Positions 40,050 through 53,047 of a stretch of 64,000 nt of DNA are shown piece by piece (position 1 is the stretch's first letter; every line of letters begins with the position of its first letter). The notes under the pieces are model-generated. The model did no database searches. It had not been told where the DNA came from and saw nothing but the letters and a program-made list of their open reading frames with translations. The stretch comes from Octopus sinensis (taxonomy: Eukaryota). Location: positions 8,866,001 through 8,930,000 of the forward strand of contig NC_043017.1 in the NCBI RefSeq assembly GCF_006345805.1, in the 5' to 3' direction. The translations under genes and the position numbers were made by a program.

Positions 40050-40698
40050 GGATCTTTTCCTTTTAAACGGCAGACAATTTCTAGTTAACTAAACACTTTA
40101 AAACTTCGTATACTGGTAGAATGTGTCAAAATAAAACATTTTTTTCTCTTGGCTTTCTTGAGAAAATTGTAATTTGTTTGTTTAACGTAGTTTAATTTTT
40201 CGAATTTTAACCAATCTTATGCTCTCTTTTGAGCTAAAATCATTTGCTGCGTCTAAAACTGAGACAACATCCTGTAACTAACCCTAAACCGCTCCCTAAC
40301 CCTAACCCTAATCCTAAGTTTTTTTTTCTTAATTGTTAAATTAATTTGATTGTTACGCGTGTAAAAAAACTAAAGCAATGGAATTAAATTAATTTAACAA
40401 TTAAGAAAAAAAAATTTAGGTTAGGGTTACGGTTGGGGGGAGGTTTAGGGTTAGTTACAGGATGTTGTCTCAGTTTTAGACGCAGCAAATGAGTTTAGTT
40501 GAATGGAGGTAATCGATTGGTTAAAATTGCCGAAATGCTCGGATTTTCAGACGAAATATCTTACAAACTATAGAATTTTCTCAGTAAAACCAAGAGAAAA
40601 TGATGTTTTATAAACACATTCTACCAGTATACGAAGTTTAAAAGTGTTTAGTTAATTAGAAATTGTGTTGACATCTGCCGTTCAAAAGGAAAAGATGC
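40050..40698. mobile_element. Merlin-like foldback MITE with facing telomere-like tracts
   Basis: Termini ggatcttttccttttaaacggcag / ctgccgttcaaaaggaaaagatgc, perfect 8-bp TSD GATATTTT, about 300-bp inverted arms. Confidence 0.8.
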
Positions 40699-41280
40699 GA
40701 TATTTTTAACATGAGACATCATACTTGCATGGCGCACGTTCGTGTGTGTATATATCCTCACCCCACTATACACACACACATACATACATTCACGTCGGCG
40801 TTCCCGAGAGAGAAGCCACATAATGGTTACAGACATCTCAAGATAGTTCAGGTCTCTGACTCGGGTTATTTGCGGTTATTCATGCTTCGTGAATGATCTC
40901 TTCTACTTTTCCCCACTCGTTTGATAAGGCCCGGCTACTGAGAGACCAGAGATGTGAGCAGTCATCACTAGCCGAGCTCAAGATAAGTGATTACTAGAGA
41001 ATTTAACATGACGTATTGAATTTCTGGTAAACGAAAATTCTCGGGACCCAGACACTGAATTTTTCGCTTTCTTAGTAAGAAGTTGACAGCTTATGGAAGT
41101 GTTTTGAAAATGATGCATCTACAGCAGACGTTATTTCGCCCAGATCACGAACGGATTCCGTATTTTATTTGTTGGTTTTTAATTCTTTGTTTCTACAAGT
41201 CAAATAAAAGCGCTTCGTTCTGTTCGTAATGACGAAAATTTCCGGCTTTAATGGTCACGTTGCTGTTTATTTTAAGTGAA

Positions 41281-41591
41281 GGCGCGTGGCTTAGTGGTTA
41301 GGGCATACGATTGTAAGGTCGTGAGTTCGATTCCCGGCGATGCGTTGTGTCCTTGAGCAAGACACTTTATTTCATGTTGCTCCAGTCCACTCAGCTAGCA
41401 AAAATGAGTTGTACCTGTATTTCAAAGGGCCGGTCTTGTCACACTTTGTGTCACGCTGAATCTCCCTGAGAACTACGTTAGGGGTACACGTGTCTGTGGA
41501 TTGCTCAGTCACTTGCACGTTAATTCCACGAGCAAGCTATTCCGTTGATCGTATCAGCTGGGACCCTCGTCGTTGTAACCGACGGAGTGCT
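41281..41591 (+). mobile_element. SINE family C
   Basis: Homologous to 33861-34160. Confidence 0.85.
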
Positions 41592-41699
41592 CCTTTTTTT
41601 TGGCTGTTTATTTTATTTATTCATTTATTTACTTGTTTGTTTGTTTGCTTGTTGGAGGAAGCGCCAATCTATACATAGATGCTTCCTTGTTTTGTTCCG

Positions 41700-41950
41700 G
41701 TATCCAGTTTTACTTGAATGTCGTCTGCCATCGTTAACTGCTCTGCCAACTTGAGTATGGCTGATTGTACGTTTATGTCTATGATCAAAGACAGGGTGGC
41801 GAATAAAAGGGAGCAAAAGATGGGGCTTGGTGATATTCCACTTATTACTTGCGGTTAACGGTTCACGGGTAAAAACACTCGTAGCACAAATGGAAATCCT
41901 TGAACACCTCTTGCGACAGGTGTCCAGAGATCCCCACCCCCTTGCTAACA
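41700..41950 (-). mobile_element. Decayed CR1-like reverse-transcriptase fragment
   Basis: LRVFLPVNR*PQVISGISPSPIFCSLLF...IIDIN...MADD, resembling the SGVPQGS...LLF..IND...ADD region. Confidence 0.45.
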
Positions 41951-42264
41951 CATACCTTCATTTCCATCACGGAATTTTTCATTGAGTGTTTTGCTTTTCT
42001 CGGTTTTGCACAAACCCAGTCCTACACTATAATCTCACATTACTAATATTAACATGTAATACGGAACAACTTGTCACATGGTTAGGCCATCCGCAACAAA
42101 ACCGGCAAACCTACTCATCCGGTGCGGTAAGGCGGTTGGTTTTCATTGGACATCCTGCAAGACGGGAAATAAAACATTTCAAAAGCCGGATGAAATCAGT
42201 CAACAGCCATCCAAAAAATAGGGATGAGAGACCCCTTTTTTTTTGTTTAAATGTTCCTTTAGGA

Positions 42265-42595
42265 CGGGTGTTCTCAACTAATTTTTATCTGTGGACCCCT
42301 TTGCTTATTATTTTATTCTGGTAGACCCTCATAGCCATTCGATTTTAAAAACTAGTCTTATAAAAACTTCTTTCAAAATTCCTATTTTGCTTTTCACACA
42401 TTAACTTGTGGAGGTTGAAATAAGTAAAATGTCAGAGAAAGAAATCTAGCTGTTTGCTGTAATACATCTAAAGTAAAAATTTTCAGTGCCTCTTAAAATA
42501 CTATTGTGAATGCCCAATTTGCTTTTTTGTTGCGTGAACCCCAAAATCTCATATGGACCCTCAGAGGCCGTATGGACCCCTGTTGAGGACCACTG
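42265..42595. mobile_element. hAT-type MITE
   Basis: Imperfect TIRs cgggtgttctcaac / gttgaggaccactg; TSD CTTTAGGA / CTTCAGGA (7/8). Confidence 0.75.
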
Positions 42596-43152
42596 CTTCA
42601 GGAGAAGGAAATCTCAAATATGACACTTGCTATATCGCTTATAGCACACATGCACAACCAAAGCTTCAACATTTTTACTATATGTATATATATACACACA
42701 AGCAAAACGCCCCCCCCCCGTCCAATAGACGGTGCTGAGTTGTCAAACATTTAAGCCAAATTTTCTCAAAACAACTTGCCCAACCATCCCATAGGCCTTC
42801 ATTTTCAGAAACACTGATTGAACCTAAATTTGAGACACCAGCAAAAGAAGAAATAAAGATAGACTTATTTTCTATTCCAAAGAAAAATGATTTTATTCAC
42901 ACAAATATGCAACCGAAGAGTTTAAAGTACCAGTAATCGATCGCATTCTCACCTGGAATCGATTTTTGTAATTTTTTCAAGACTTATACACGCCCTGATA
43001 CCGTCGGTATCTACATATCAAATATCGGATGGAGGATGCCCGAGATCCTAGAAGACACACACTCAGACAGACAGAACGAATTTTATATAATATATATATA
43101 TATTTTTTTTTCTAGTTTCAGCTCAGAGCTGCGGCCATGCTGATGCACCGCC

Positions 43153-43190
<38 letters not shown>

Positions 43191-43348
43191 TATATAATGG
43201 TTTGAAGTGGTGTAAAGATTTTTTTTTTGCCAAACCGTTTCGGAGATATAAACATACCAACACCGGTTGTCAAGCATTGCTGGAACACACACACACACTG
43301 TATACATATACACATATACACACACACACACACACACGTGTATACATA

Positions 43349-43380
<32 letters not shown>

Positions 43381-43437
43381 GTGTATACATATACACATAT
43401 ATATATATATACACACACACATACACACACATATATA

Positions 43438-43470
<33 letters not shown>

Positions 43471-44310
43471 AGTATGTATGTATGTATACATGTCAGTCAC
43501 TTTCGAGTGTTACTGGTAACATGTAACCCAGTACAACCTGTTGCATGGTCGGGTCGTCGGCGACTAAACCCGCAACCCCTCCAAGCTTGCTTGGTGAGGA
43601 GGGTGTTTATTGGACACCCTGTGGGATGAAAAACAAAACCCGTCAAAGGGCGGAGGAACTCTTGAGAGTCAACGGCCATCTAATAAATATCTTAAGGTTG
43701 TTATGTCTTAAGGAGTTATGGATCTCGATATTTCGCCATCATTGTCCCCACTTCGATTCAGGTACGTGATATTATTAAGCCGGGGGTTAATACAGAAGAT
43801 ACTTACACAAGGAGCCGATCCCGGGACCATGTGGTTGGGAAGCAAATTTCTCACCATATATCCACGCTTGCACCTATAATACTTTGCAGACTTCCCTTGT
43901 TTTTTGGTGGCTAAATTCCAGAGATTCTTGATTCTATGCTAGGAAATTGACTTTTTATCCGTTGGCGAGAAATTCGAAAATTAAACCAAGAATACATACA
44001 CACATACATAAATACTTACACACATACACTACTTATATATACATACATGCAGGCATCTGTACGTACACACCAATATACATTCACGCATGCATTCATGCAT
44101 ACAAACACACACACACACACACACACACATACACACACACACGTGCATGCACTTAGATATGTAGCTAACTGCTTCGGCACCAATTTTGGAAATCAGAAGG
44201 GGCCTGGCTAATTAAGGAATTACAATTAGAAACCATTACCAATACCGTAGAAAACATGTAAAAAATTCCAGAAGTTTAGCATGTAGCAGGAATATGTATA
44301 TATGTATATG

Positions 44311-44351
<41 letters not shown>

Positions 44352-44973
44352 GTGTGTATGTGTATGCATACATATACGCGCGCACACACACATACACACG
44401 TTAAGAGTAGATGTGCTCAGTGCGCCATAATTTTACCGTTCAGGTTTCGGCTCTTATTGGTAATTGCCTTAAACGTCCACCGTTGTGTGATCCCATAGGG
44501 GTCCCATACAGTTCTATTCGGTCTGGGGAAGGCTATAGCATAATATAAAGTTTATATCAATAATGAAAGAAAAGAACCTGTGCCTGAATTTGGTGTATAT
44601 GTTACATATTTTTCAGTATTTGGTAGCACCTGATGTCATACTATAAATGCAACGCAGATGCACCTCATTTGTGTAGCTTACAGAATTAAAGCAGGAGACC
44701 TCCTCGGACAGACGAGAACTAAGAGGTGCATCTAAGCACTGCATTTCTTGTGTGACATCATTTATTACGGAATACTGAAGCATATGTAACTGTTGCAATA
44801 AAAGAACACCAAGCTGAAGCCCAAGTTGGCTGTGTAGTAAGGGGTTTGATGCCCAACCACAATGGTTCCGGGTTCAAACTCACTGCGTGGCATCTTGGTC
44901 AAGTATTTTCTACTATAGCCTGGAGTCCAACAGTGCCTAGTGAGTGGATTTGGTTGAGAGAAACTAATATAGG

Positions 44974-45008
<35 letters not shown>

Positions 45009-45439
45009 GGGTATTCAGAAAGTAATTGCGTTTTTTCACTATTGTGAAATATGAATCAGCCAATCACGTCAGGGCCAAGGTCGAAGGGGCGGAAACTGTC
45101 TAGATATGGTGTATCATCTCTTTTGTCCAGCAGTGTGTCATTCATAGTAATTTCGGTAATTAACCCCATAGAAGATAAGAACTTTATGAAACAACATATT
45201 CGCTGCTGTCTACTGTATGAGTTTCGAAATAAAAGTACCGCTACAGAAGCATTTGGAAAGCATTTGTGAAGTGTGTCTAGAGGCAGTGAAAGTTCGTACC
45301 TGTCAGCTGTAGTTTAAAAGGTTCAACATGTGTCATGTTGAACTCTTCACAAATACGTATGTTCTGGCCTGAAGATCGAATTTGTGTGAAACTCGAGTGA
45401 TGAGACATGCATTCAGTTCTAATAAAGCCATATACATAT

Positions 45440-45472
<33 letters not shown>

Positions 45473-45949
45473 CGAGTTTGTCACCACCACCGAGAGAAGA
45501 GAAGTTGTGAATAACGGAATAAGTCTGTTTCGGAAGCTCTTTACCCCGCCTCAAAGTTCGATGAGGTGGTCTTTAGTTATTCATTTTATCTATTTATAGG
45601 GATTAGCCCTAAACCTGGCTGAACGAGTACATAACTTTAAAGCAATTCGCGTATCTGTGACATGTAAAACTATTAAATCTACGCATGCGCATTTGTGCAT
45701 AAGCATGTTTAAGCGTGGGGTCTCCATATACATGAATGTCAATTTTCAAATGTAAGTGCTTTGGGATTTCGGGTGCGTGTGAACGTGTGTCTATTGTGTG
45801 TATGTATATGTATGTGTGTGTGTTTGAGCGTGTAATATATGAAAACCTGTGTGTGTTTGGTTATAAATATGAATTTTGTAAATATACAGGAGACAAGATA
45901 GCTGCTGTAACGGCCATCACCCACGAAAACCTCCCAACACCAGCCCCAC

Positions 45950-46421
45950 CAAAACTACCACCGCCCTTCACCACTATGATTACGACGGCAACCTTCACCA
46001 TCACCACCATCATCAGCTTCATCAGCATCATCAGCATCAACACCATCGCCACCACCACTACTACCACCACCATAATGCCACCATCATCTACACGAAAGCC
46101 CAAGTACCCCCACCACTACAACCACCACCACCGTTATCATCATCACAACCACTCCCACTAATACAAGCATGACTACCACGGCCGCCGTTACCACCACCAC
46201 CACCAGCACCACCACCACCACCACCACCCCTACTACAACTACTACTGCTGCTACTACTACTACTACTACTACTAAAACTACTTCTACTACTACTACTACT
46301 ACCACCACCCTACTACAACTACTACTATTACCACTACCACTACAACCCCTACTACAACTACTACTATTACCACTACCACCACCACCACCACCACCACCAC
46401 CCCTACTACAACTACTGCTGC

Positions 46422-46452
<31 letters not shown>

Positions 46453-46590
46453 GCTACAACTCACATCATTATCTCCACCGAAACAAGCATCACCACTGCC
46501 GCCAACCTCATCACCACCACCGCTACCACTAACGCCGACACCACCGCTATGGCCGTCACCCCCCCCACAACCACCACCACCACCCCTTCC
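45950..46590. repeat. Mosaic (ACC)/(ACT)/(CTA)/(CAT) trinucleotide tract
   Basis: Direct observation; explains poly-T/L/P/V ORFs. Confidence 0.9.
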
Positions 46591-47086
46591 ACTTTCTGTT
46601 ATGAAAAACTCTTAACGTCTCTCAACCGTTTCTTCTGTTCAGATAACAAAGACGACTTGGCGGAGGTAAAGGGAAGTATGTATGAATATTATATACACCT
46701 GGCTAGACACTTTCTCGCTATAAACACGTGCATAGATTAATTGTGTACCTGCCACTATATATATATGGATACATAGTGTGTGTGTGTGTGTGCGCGCACG
46801 CGTGTGGGGGTGAGCGGTGGCGGGTGAGGTTCAGTTTGTGTCATCTCCATGTCTTTAAAAAAAAAGTCTTTTGTTGTTGTGCGTCCAAATTTCTGAGGTT
46901 ATTTCAGTCTGTGTACCTGTTCCTATGTACGTATGTATGTATGTGTGTGTAGGTGCGTTAAACCGTGTCTAAAGAAACCACACGCGAGCACACACACACA
47001 CACAAATACACACATACATACATACACATATATATATATATATATATAAATATATGTATGTATATATATACATATATATATATCAA

Positions 47087-47316
47087 GGCGGCGAGCTGGC
47101 AGAAACGTTAGCCTGCCGGGCGAAATGCGTAGCCGTATTTCGTCTGCCGTTACGTTCTGAGTTCAAATTCCGCCGAGGTCGACTTTACCTTTCATCCTTT
47201 CGGGGTCGATAAATTAAGTACCAGTTACGCACTGGGGTCGATGTAATCGACTTAATCCGTTTGTCTGTCCTTGTTTGTCCCCTCTATGTTTAGCCCCTTG
47301 TGGGTAGTAAAGAAAT
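47087..47316 (+). mobile_element. SINE family A, full length
   Basis: Near-consensus. Confidence 0.9.
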
Positions 47317-47349
47317 ATATATGTATGTATAATATGTATTTATATATAT

Positions 47350-47392
<43 letters not shown>

Positions 47393-48111
47393 ATGTACAC
47401 ATAAAAATATACACATACACACATTAACAGCCCTTCTTGTTTGTGTTACTGTTATTCTCCTTGTCCTGTCTTTTACTGTTTATATTTTGTACTGTCGTTA
47501 CTGTCCTGTTTTTGTTACCATTTTTACCCCTCCGCAAAAAAATCTCAAATTTTATTAATTTGATTTTCGCGGGAAGGAAAGTTTCATTAAGTCATGTATC
47601 GCCTTGACCTTCGAAACGTGAGTAGATGAAACAAAGGCGACTGAAGAAGGGGATTTTCCTTGTTTTGTATGTCCTGTACTCTATTTTTTCGTTGTTTAAG
47701 AAAAATGTCAATTTCCTTGGTTTTGTGTTTATGTTTTCGTTTCTCATTGTGTTCGACGTTTTTTTGGAGTCCTGTACCATTATGCATGTATATATACATG
47801 TAGAGGTAGGTACGACGTACATATATGTATGTATATATGCATTTTTATTATTATTAATATTATATATATATATATTATTATATAATATATATATATATAT
47901 ATATAATATATATATATATATACACATTGTATATAATGTACACATACACACAAGTACACCACAGGCACAAAGCCACATTCAAATTTGCGAGTATGTTAAA
48001 TATATTTCGCCATACATTTAATTCATCCATCCATTCATACATACCTATACATACATCGAATACCCCACATACATACATACATACATCCATACATACATAC
48101 ATACATACAAT

Positions 48112-48400
48112 CTGCAGTTACTCTATCCAGACTACAAGTTCAGGTTTATACCTGTAATTATCGGGGCCCTGGGATATGTAACACGCTGCCTAAATACCAA
48201 TCTTGAGGAATTAGGCTTATCAAAACCAGAAAGGAGAAAGCTAATTCGAAGTCTACAGATCCTAGCTATCACTGGAATGTAAAAATCTGTAAAACTTTCT
48301 AGAAGTTTATTGTTTAAATATATATGAGCATGTCTAGATATGCAAGTATATGCATGAGAATACATACATAAAACAAAACATACAAATCTGCACATTTACA
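48112..48400 (+). mobile_element. 3' end of a restriction-like-endonuclease non-LTR retrotransposon (R2/R4/NeSL-type)
   Basis: LQLLYPDYKFRFIPVIIGALGYVTRCLNTNLEELG...LQILAITG, the typical C-terminal PVIIGALG...LQ..A..GT pattern; flanked by (CATA)n on both sides. Confidence 0.75.
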
Positions 48401-48786
48401 TACATACATACATACATACATATATGCAAAAATATCCTGTTGTTGATATTGAAATTCCAATGAAGGAAGCTTAGATCTAAGTTAGAATCCGGTTCTTTCT
48501 CCATTGGCAAGAAATATTGAAATAAAACTTAATAATGACATACATACATGTGTGTGTGTGTGTGCATGTTTGTGCGTGTGTGTGTGTGTGCGTTAGTAGT
48601 TTATATATCCGAAAAAGAAATCCACTCTAAAATATTAGAGCAGTAATAGGAAGTTAATTGTGATGGCCGGGTCATTGAGTGACCATTGGCTTTGGATCTA
48701 TGAAGTACTTAGCCACATAGGCGACGCGCCAGAGTCAAGTGGCCGTTTGAATCTGACGAGTCATTACAAATGATCCCTAATAAATA

Positions 48787-48826
<40 letters not shown>

Positions 48827-49009
48827 AAGAAATTTTGGGGAAAAAGATAAATAATAAAGAGTAGAAATCGAACCTGTGTGGTGTGTGTTAGATAATAAAG
48901 GCACCAAGACAATATGACTCTGACCAGACACAACAAAATTTGCTTCAACACACGAATTCAGATAAAGAATCTTGCAAACCAGATACAAAAAGGAAATATA
49001 TATATTATA

Positions 49010-49040
<31 letters not shown>

Positions 49041-49044
49041 ATAT

Positions 49045-49078
<34 letters not shown>

Positions 49079-49700
49079 ATATAGTAAACATACACACACA
49101 CACACGACGGGCTTCTTTCTGCTTCCGTCTACCAAATCCACTCACAAGGCTTTGGTTGGCCCGAGGCTATAGTAGAAGACACTTGCCCAAAAGTGCCACA
49201 CAGTGGGACTGAACCCGGAACCATGTGATTGGGAAGCAAGATTCTTACCACACACACAGCCACGCATGTATACATGCATACGCTTGTACACAATCTCGTA
49301 CGTGTGTGAGTGTGTGTGTGTGTGTATCAAAATGCTTAGGTGTTTAAATGTAGAGTTATGCCTAGACTTCCTCAGAACTGTACAAACACGCATACGTAGA
49401 CAAACACAGTGTATGCATATTATACGACTGTTATGGGGTGAGTGTGTTTGGTGGAGTCCTTTTCAAATGGAAATACGTACGAGAGGTGGATACGCTCGCC
49501 TAAAAACCATTGAATGACCTTAATTAGGGCACAGTCATTTCAATAACTAAAAACCTTTCAATGAATACATACCTCCCTCCTACACCCACCCACATATATA
49601 TATATAATAATATATATTATATATATATATATATAATATATATATATATATATAATATATATATATATATATAGATAGATAGATAGATAGATAAAGATAT

Positions 49701-50101
49701 AGGAGTGGCTGTGTGGTAAGTAGCTTGCTAACCAACCACATTGTTCCGAGTTCAGTCCCACTGCGTGGCATCTTGGGCAAGTGTCTTCTGCTATAGCCCC
49801 GGGCTGACCAATGCCTTGTGAGTGGATTTGGTAGACGGAAACTGAAAGAAGCCTGTCGTATATATGCATATATATATATATATGTGTATGTGTGTGTGTT
49901 TGTCCCCCTAGCATTGCTTGACAACCGATACTGGTGTGTTTACGTCCCCGTCACTTAGCGGTTCGGCAAAAGAGACCGATAGAATAAGTACTGGGATTAC
50001 AAAGAATAAGTCCCGGGGTCGATTTGCGCGACTAAAGGCGGTGCTCCAGCATGGCTGCAGTCAAATGACTGAAACAAGTAAAAGAGTAAAGAGTAAAAGA
50101 G
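49701..50101 (+). mobile_element. SINE family B, full length
   Basis: Near-consensus with (gtaaaaga)n tail; inverted head copy at 49105-49265. Confidence 0.9.
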
Positions 50102-50145
<44 letters not shown>

Positions 50146-50478
50146 TTTAGTGTGTTATGTGTGCTTCTACCCCCGTTAAAGAAGGTGATATACTTTTAAT
50201 TCAACGGTGTTTGCTAGTCTTTCTACTTTGTTCCCTATAACCGCCTCCTCTCACTCTTCCTCCACTCCACCTTCCTCCTTTCACATCCTCCACATGTCCC
50301 TGTCTCGTATCTGTGTCGATGTCCAAGTCGTACTTGTTTACTTGTCACTCACTGCCCTTCTCACTACCGCTTTCTCTTTTCATCCGCCTCGATTCTTTTC
50401 CTTCCTTTGGATTTATTTTGGCGGCCTCATTTTCATTTCCTTATTATTATTATTATTATCATTCGGTCTATTCTGTTG

Positions 50479-50925
50479 GGATCTTTTCGGTTTGAACAGC
50501 AGTTTTTAACATAATTTCTAGGTAACTAAAAAATTTTAAACTTCGTATACTGGTAGAATGTGTTTATAATACATTTTTTTCTCTTGGCTTTATTGAAGAA
50601 ATTCTATAGTTTGTAAGATATTTGTTGCTTTTTTTTCTTCAATTTCTGCAATTTCAACCAATCAATGACGTCCATTGAGGTAAAAAAAAACATTCTGTGC
50701 CGTATGAATATGTCTCTCGTTTAAGAAACAGATTGGGTTTATTTACATTTGGGAAGAAAAAAATACCCTTCCCCCCACCCTAACCCGAACCCTAACTAAC
50801 CCTAACCCTTAACCCTAACCCTAAAACAGATTGAAATGCAATAGATCGATACTAGGGTCATAATTATGGATGACAATTTCATATGACACCGCCAGAAAAA
50901 ACTGCCGTTCAAACCGAAAAGATCC
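50479..50925. mobile_element. Merlin-like MITE with CCCTAA tract
   Basis: TIRs ggatcttttcggtttgaacagcag / ctgccgttcaaaccgaaaagatcc; perfect 8-bp TSD TTCTGTTG. Confidence 0.85.
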
Positions 50926-51094
50926 TTCTGTTGTGTGTGGGGAGAGTCATTTTCTTTTTGTAAAATTTCCACTTTTTCCTTATTTCTTATCTACATAATA
51001 AAAATAAAAATAAGGAATAAGTGGAAATTTTACCGGTGAGTGTGTTAAATTATAAGGCACAAAAACAAAATGACTCTCCCCAGACACAACAGAA
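50926..51094. repeat. Nested inverted-repeat (foldback) element; right arm also at about 48895-48990
   Basis: ttctgttgtgtgtggggagagtcatttt / aaaatgactctccccagacacaacagaa plus inner aaatttccactt...ccttattt / aaataagg...aagtggaaattt. Confidence 0.7.
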
Positions 51095-51529
51095 TATGTT
51101 TCAACACACGAACTCACATAAAGAATCTTGCAAACCAAATCCAAAAACGAAATACTATTCGGTAGATTGAGGCAATTGTCTACTGCATCACCTTGTGTGT
51201 TCTTTTCTGCTGTTGGCAGTGTTCAAACTCTTCCTGGTACTGCATTGTGTTAGGTAGTTTGTTTTTTGTTTCTCTTGGGGTGTGGTGCAGTCATTTGCTG
51301 TGTTACTACTTGTATTGTGCGTTGAGTGTGTAATGCTTTGGTTTTTTTAGCTTGCTGGTGGAAGTTTATTTCAATGGATAAATGTTGTATAGAGTGTGTC
51401 TTTTATTTGTGCGTTATATTGTCTTTGCACAGCATCAAATGCTGGAGATGTACTACGATGTCAGCTGTTCACTACCAGTGAACTAAGGTAACACCCCTTA
51501 TTTTTCGAGCACCATCCAGAACCACATGG

Positions 51530-51870
51530 TTCCAGGATCAGTTCCACTGAGTGGCACTTTTGGCAAGTGTCTTCTACTATAGCCGCGGGCCAACCAAAGC
51601 CTTGTGAGTGAATTTGGTAGACGGAAACTGAAAGAAGCCTCTCATATATATATATATATGTGTGTGTATTTGTCACCCCACCATCACTTGACAACTGATG
51701 TTGGTGTGTTTACGCTCCCGTAACTTAGTGGTTCGGCAAAAGGATCCGATAGAATATGTACTAGGCTTACAAGAAATAAGTCCTAGGGTCGATTTGTTCG
51801 ACTAACCCACCTCCTTCAAAGCAGTGCTCCAACATGGCCGCAGTCAAGTGACTGAAAGAAGTAAAAGAAT
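51530..51870 (+). mobile_element. SINE family B, 5' truncated
   Basis: aaccacatggttcc ... gactgaaagaagtaaaagaa. Confidence 0.8.
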
Positions 51871-52488
51871 ATGTTGATTTGATGGAAAGGATGCGCCAAT
51901 GCACAGCACAAACATTTGATCTCTATAACAAATCCTCCGTGCAGGTTATTCAGCAAAATCTACATGAACATCTACATGTGTATACATGATGTATATTTAT
52001 ATATATTTGGGCAAAGAGGAAAAGAGGTTTTTTTTATCTTTCTTTTCTCTATACACACATACAGCACGCACACACGTATGCATACACACACGCATATATA
52101 GATCTTTTTATGGACAGTTGTAAATATTTTGTCTCCATATACAATATCTTCGTTGTGTGAAAAAGGGGATAGCCAAACTAATTTCAGTCCCATGCTGGGA
52201 TTTCATCAACAATCCAGTGTCCTCAGCACCGGTCATATATTAATCGAACTAGCTGTCAAGAATGCGTTATATATGCAAATCGGGTTTTCTCGGTTTGTTT
52301 AAGTCCATAGTAATAGTGGTTTTAAAAGCAGGATCTTCAGTCGCGCTTGAAATTCCAATACAAGATTGAAATCAGACTGATTCACCTCCCACACTTTTTC
52401 CCCACGCTCCCGATGATATTGTGTGTGCGTGGACAAGGTGTATGCATATACACAGCATTGGCCAAGCAATATCTAGTTAATATTCAAA

Positions 52489-53047
52489 GGCGGCGAGCTG
52501 GCAGAAACGTTAGCACGCCGGGCGAAATGCGTAGCGGTATTTCGTCTGCCGTTACATTCTGAGTTCAAATTCCGCCGAGGTCGACTTTGCCTTTCATCCT
52601 TTCGAGGTCGATTAAATAAGTACCAGTTACGCACTGGGGTCGATATAATCGACTTAATCCGTTTGTCTGTCCTTGTTCGTCCTCTCTGTGTTTGGCCCCT
52701 TGTGGGTAGTAAAGAAATAGGTATTTCGACTGCCGCTGCGTTCTGAGTTCAAATTCCGCCGAGGTCGACTTTGCCTTTCATCCTTTCGGGGTCGATTAAA
52801 TAAGTACCAGTTATGCACTGGGGTCGATATAATCGACTTAATCCGTTTGTCTGTCCACTTGTGTTTAGCCCCTTGTGGGTAGTAAAGAAATAGGTCTTTT
52901 GTCTGTCGTTACTTTCTGAGTTCAAATTTCGCCGAGGTCGACTTTGCCTTTCATCCTTTCGGTAATCGATAAATTAAGTACCAATTACGTATTGGATCGA
53001 TCTCATCGACCGGCCCCCATCCCCCAAATTTCGGGCCTTGTGTCTAG
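52489..53047 (+). mobile_element. Trimeric family A SINE (one head, three core units)
   Basis: Units 52489-52720, 52721-52893, 52894-53047; 16-bp direct repeat AATATCTAGTTAATAT at 52468-52483 and 53048-53063. Confidence 0.85.

Noticed and set aside
43520-43600. HDV-like ribozyme in the three-copy repeat
   Set aside because: P1 and P2 pairings could not be satisfied by inspection.
44657-44733. 11-bp inverted repeat agatgcacctc / gaggtgcatct
   Set aside because: About one such match is expected by chance in 64 kb, and the spacer does not pair.
45736-46615. Poly-T/P/L/V ORFs resembling mucin
   Set aside because: Pure trinucleotide mosaics, open on both strands, with no flanking coding context.
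47599-47655. GAAACGTGAGTA ... CTGAAGAAGG type II hammerhead-like order
   Set aside because: Stem I cannot form; an alternative simple hairpin explains the pairing.
48745-48780. CTGACGA-GTCATT-ACA-AATGA
   Set aside because: Truncated; no GAAA or cleavage triplet follows.
50770-50825. CCCTAA tracts as a chromosome end or fusion site
   Set aside because: Short and internal to a TIR/TSD-bounded transposon.
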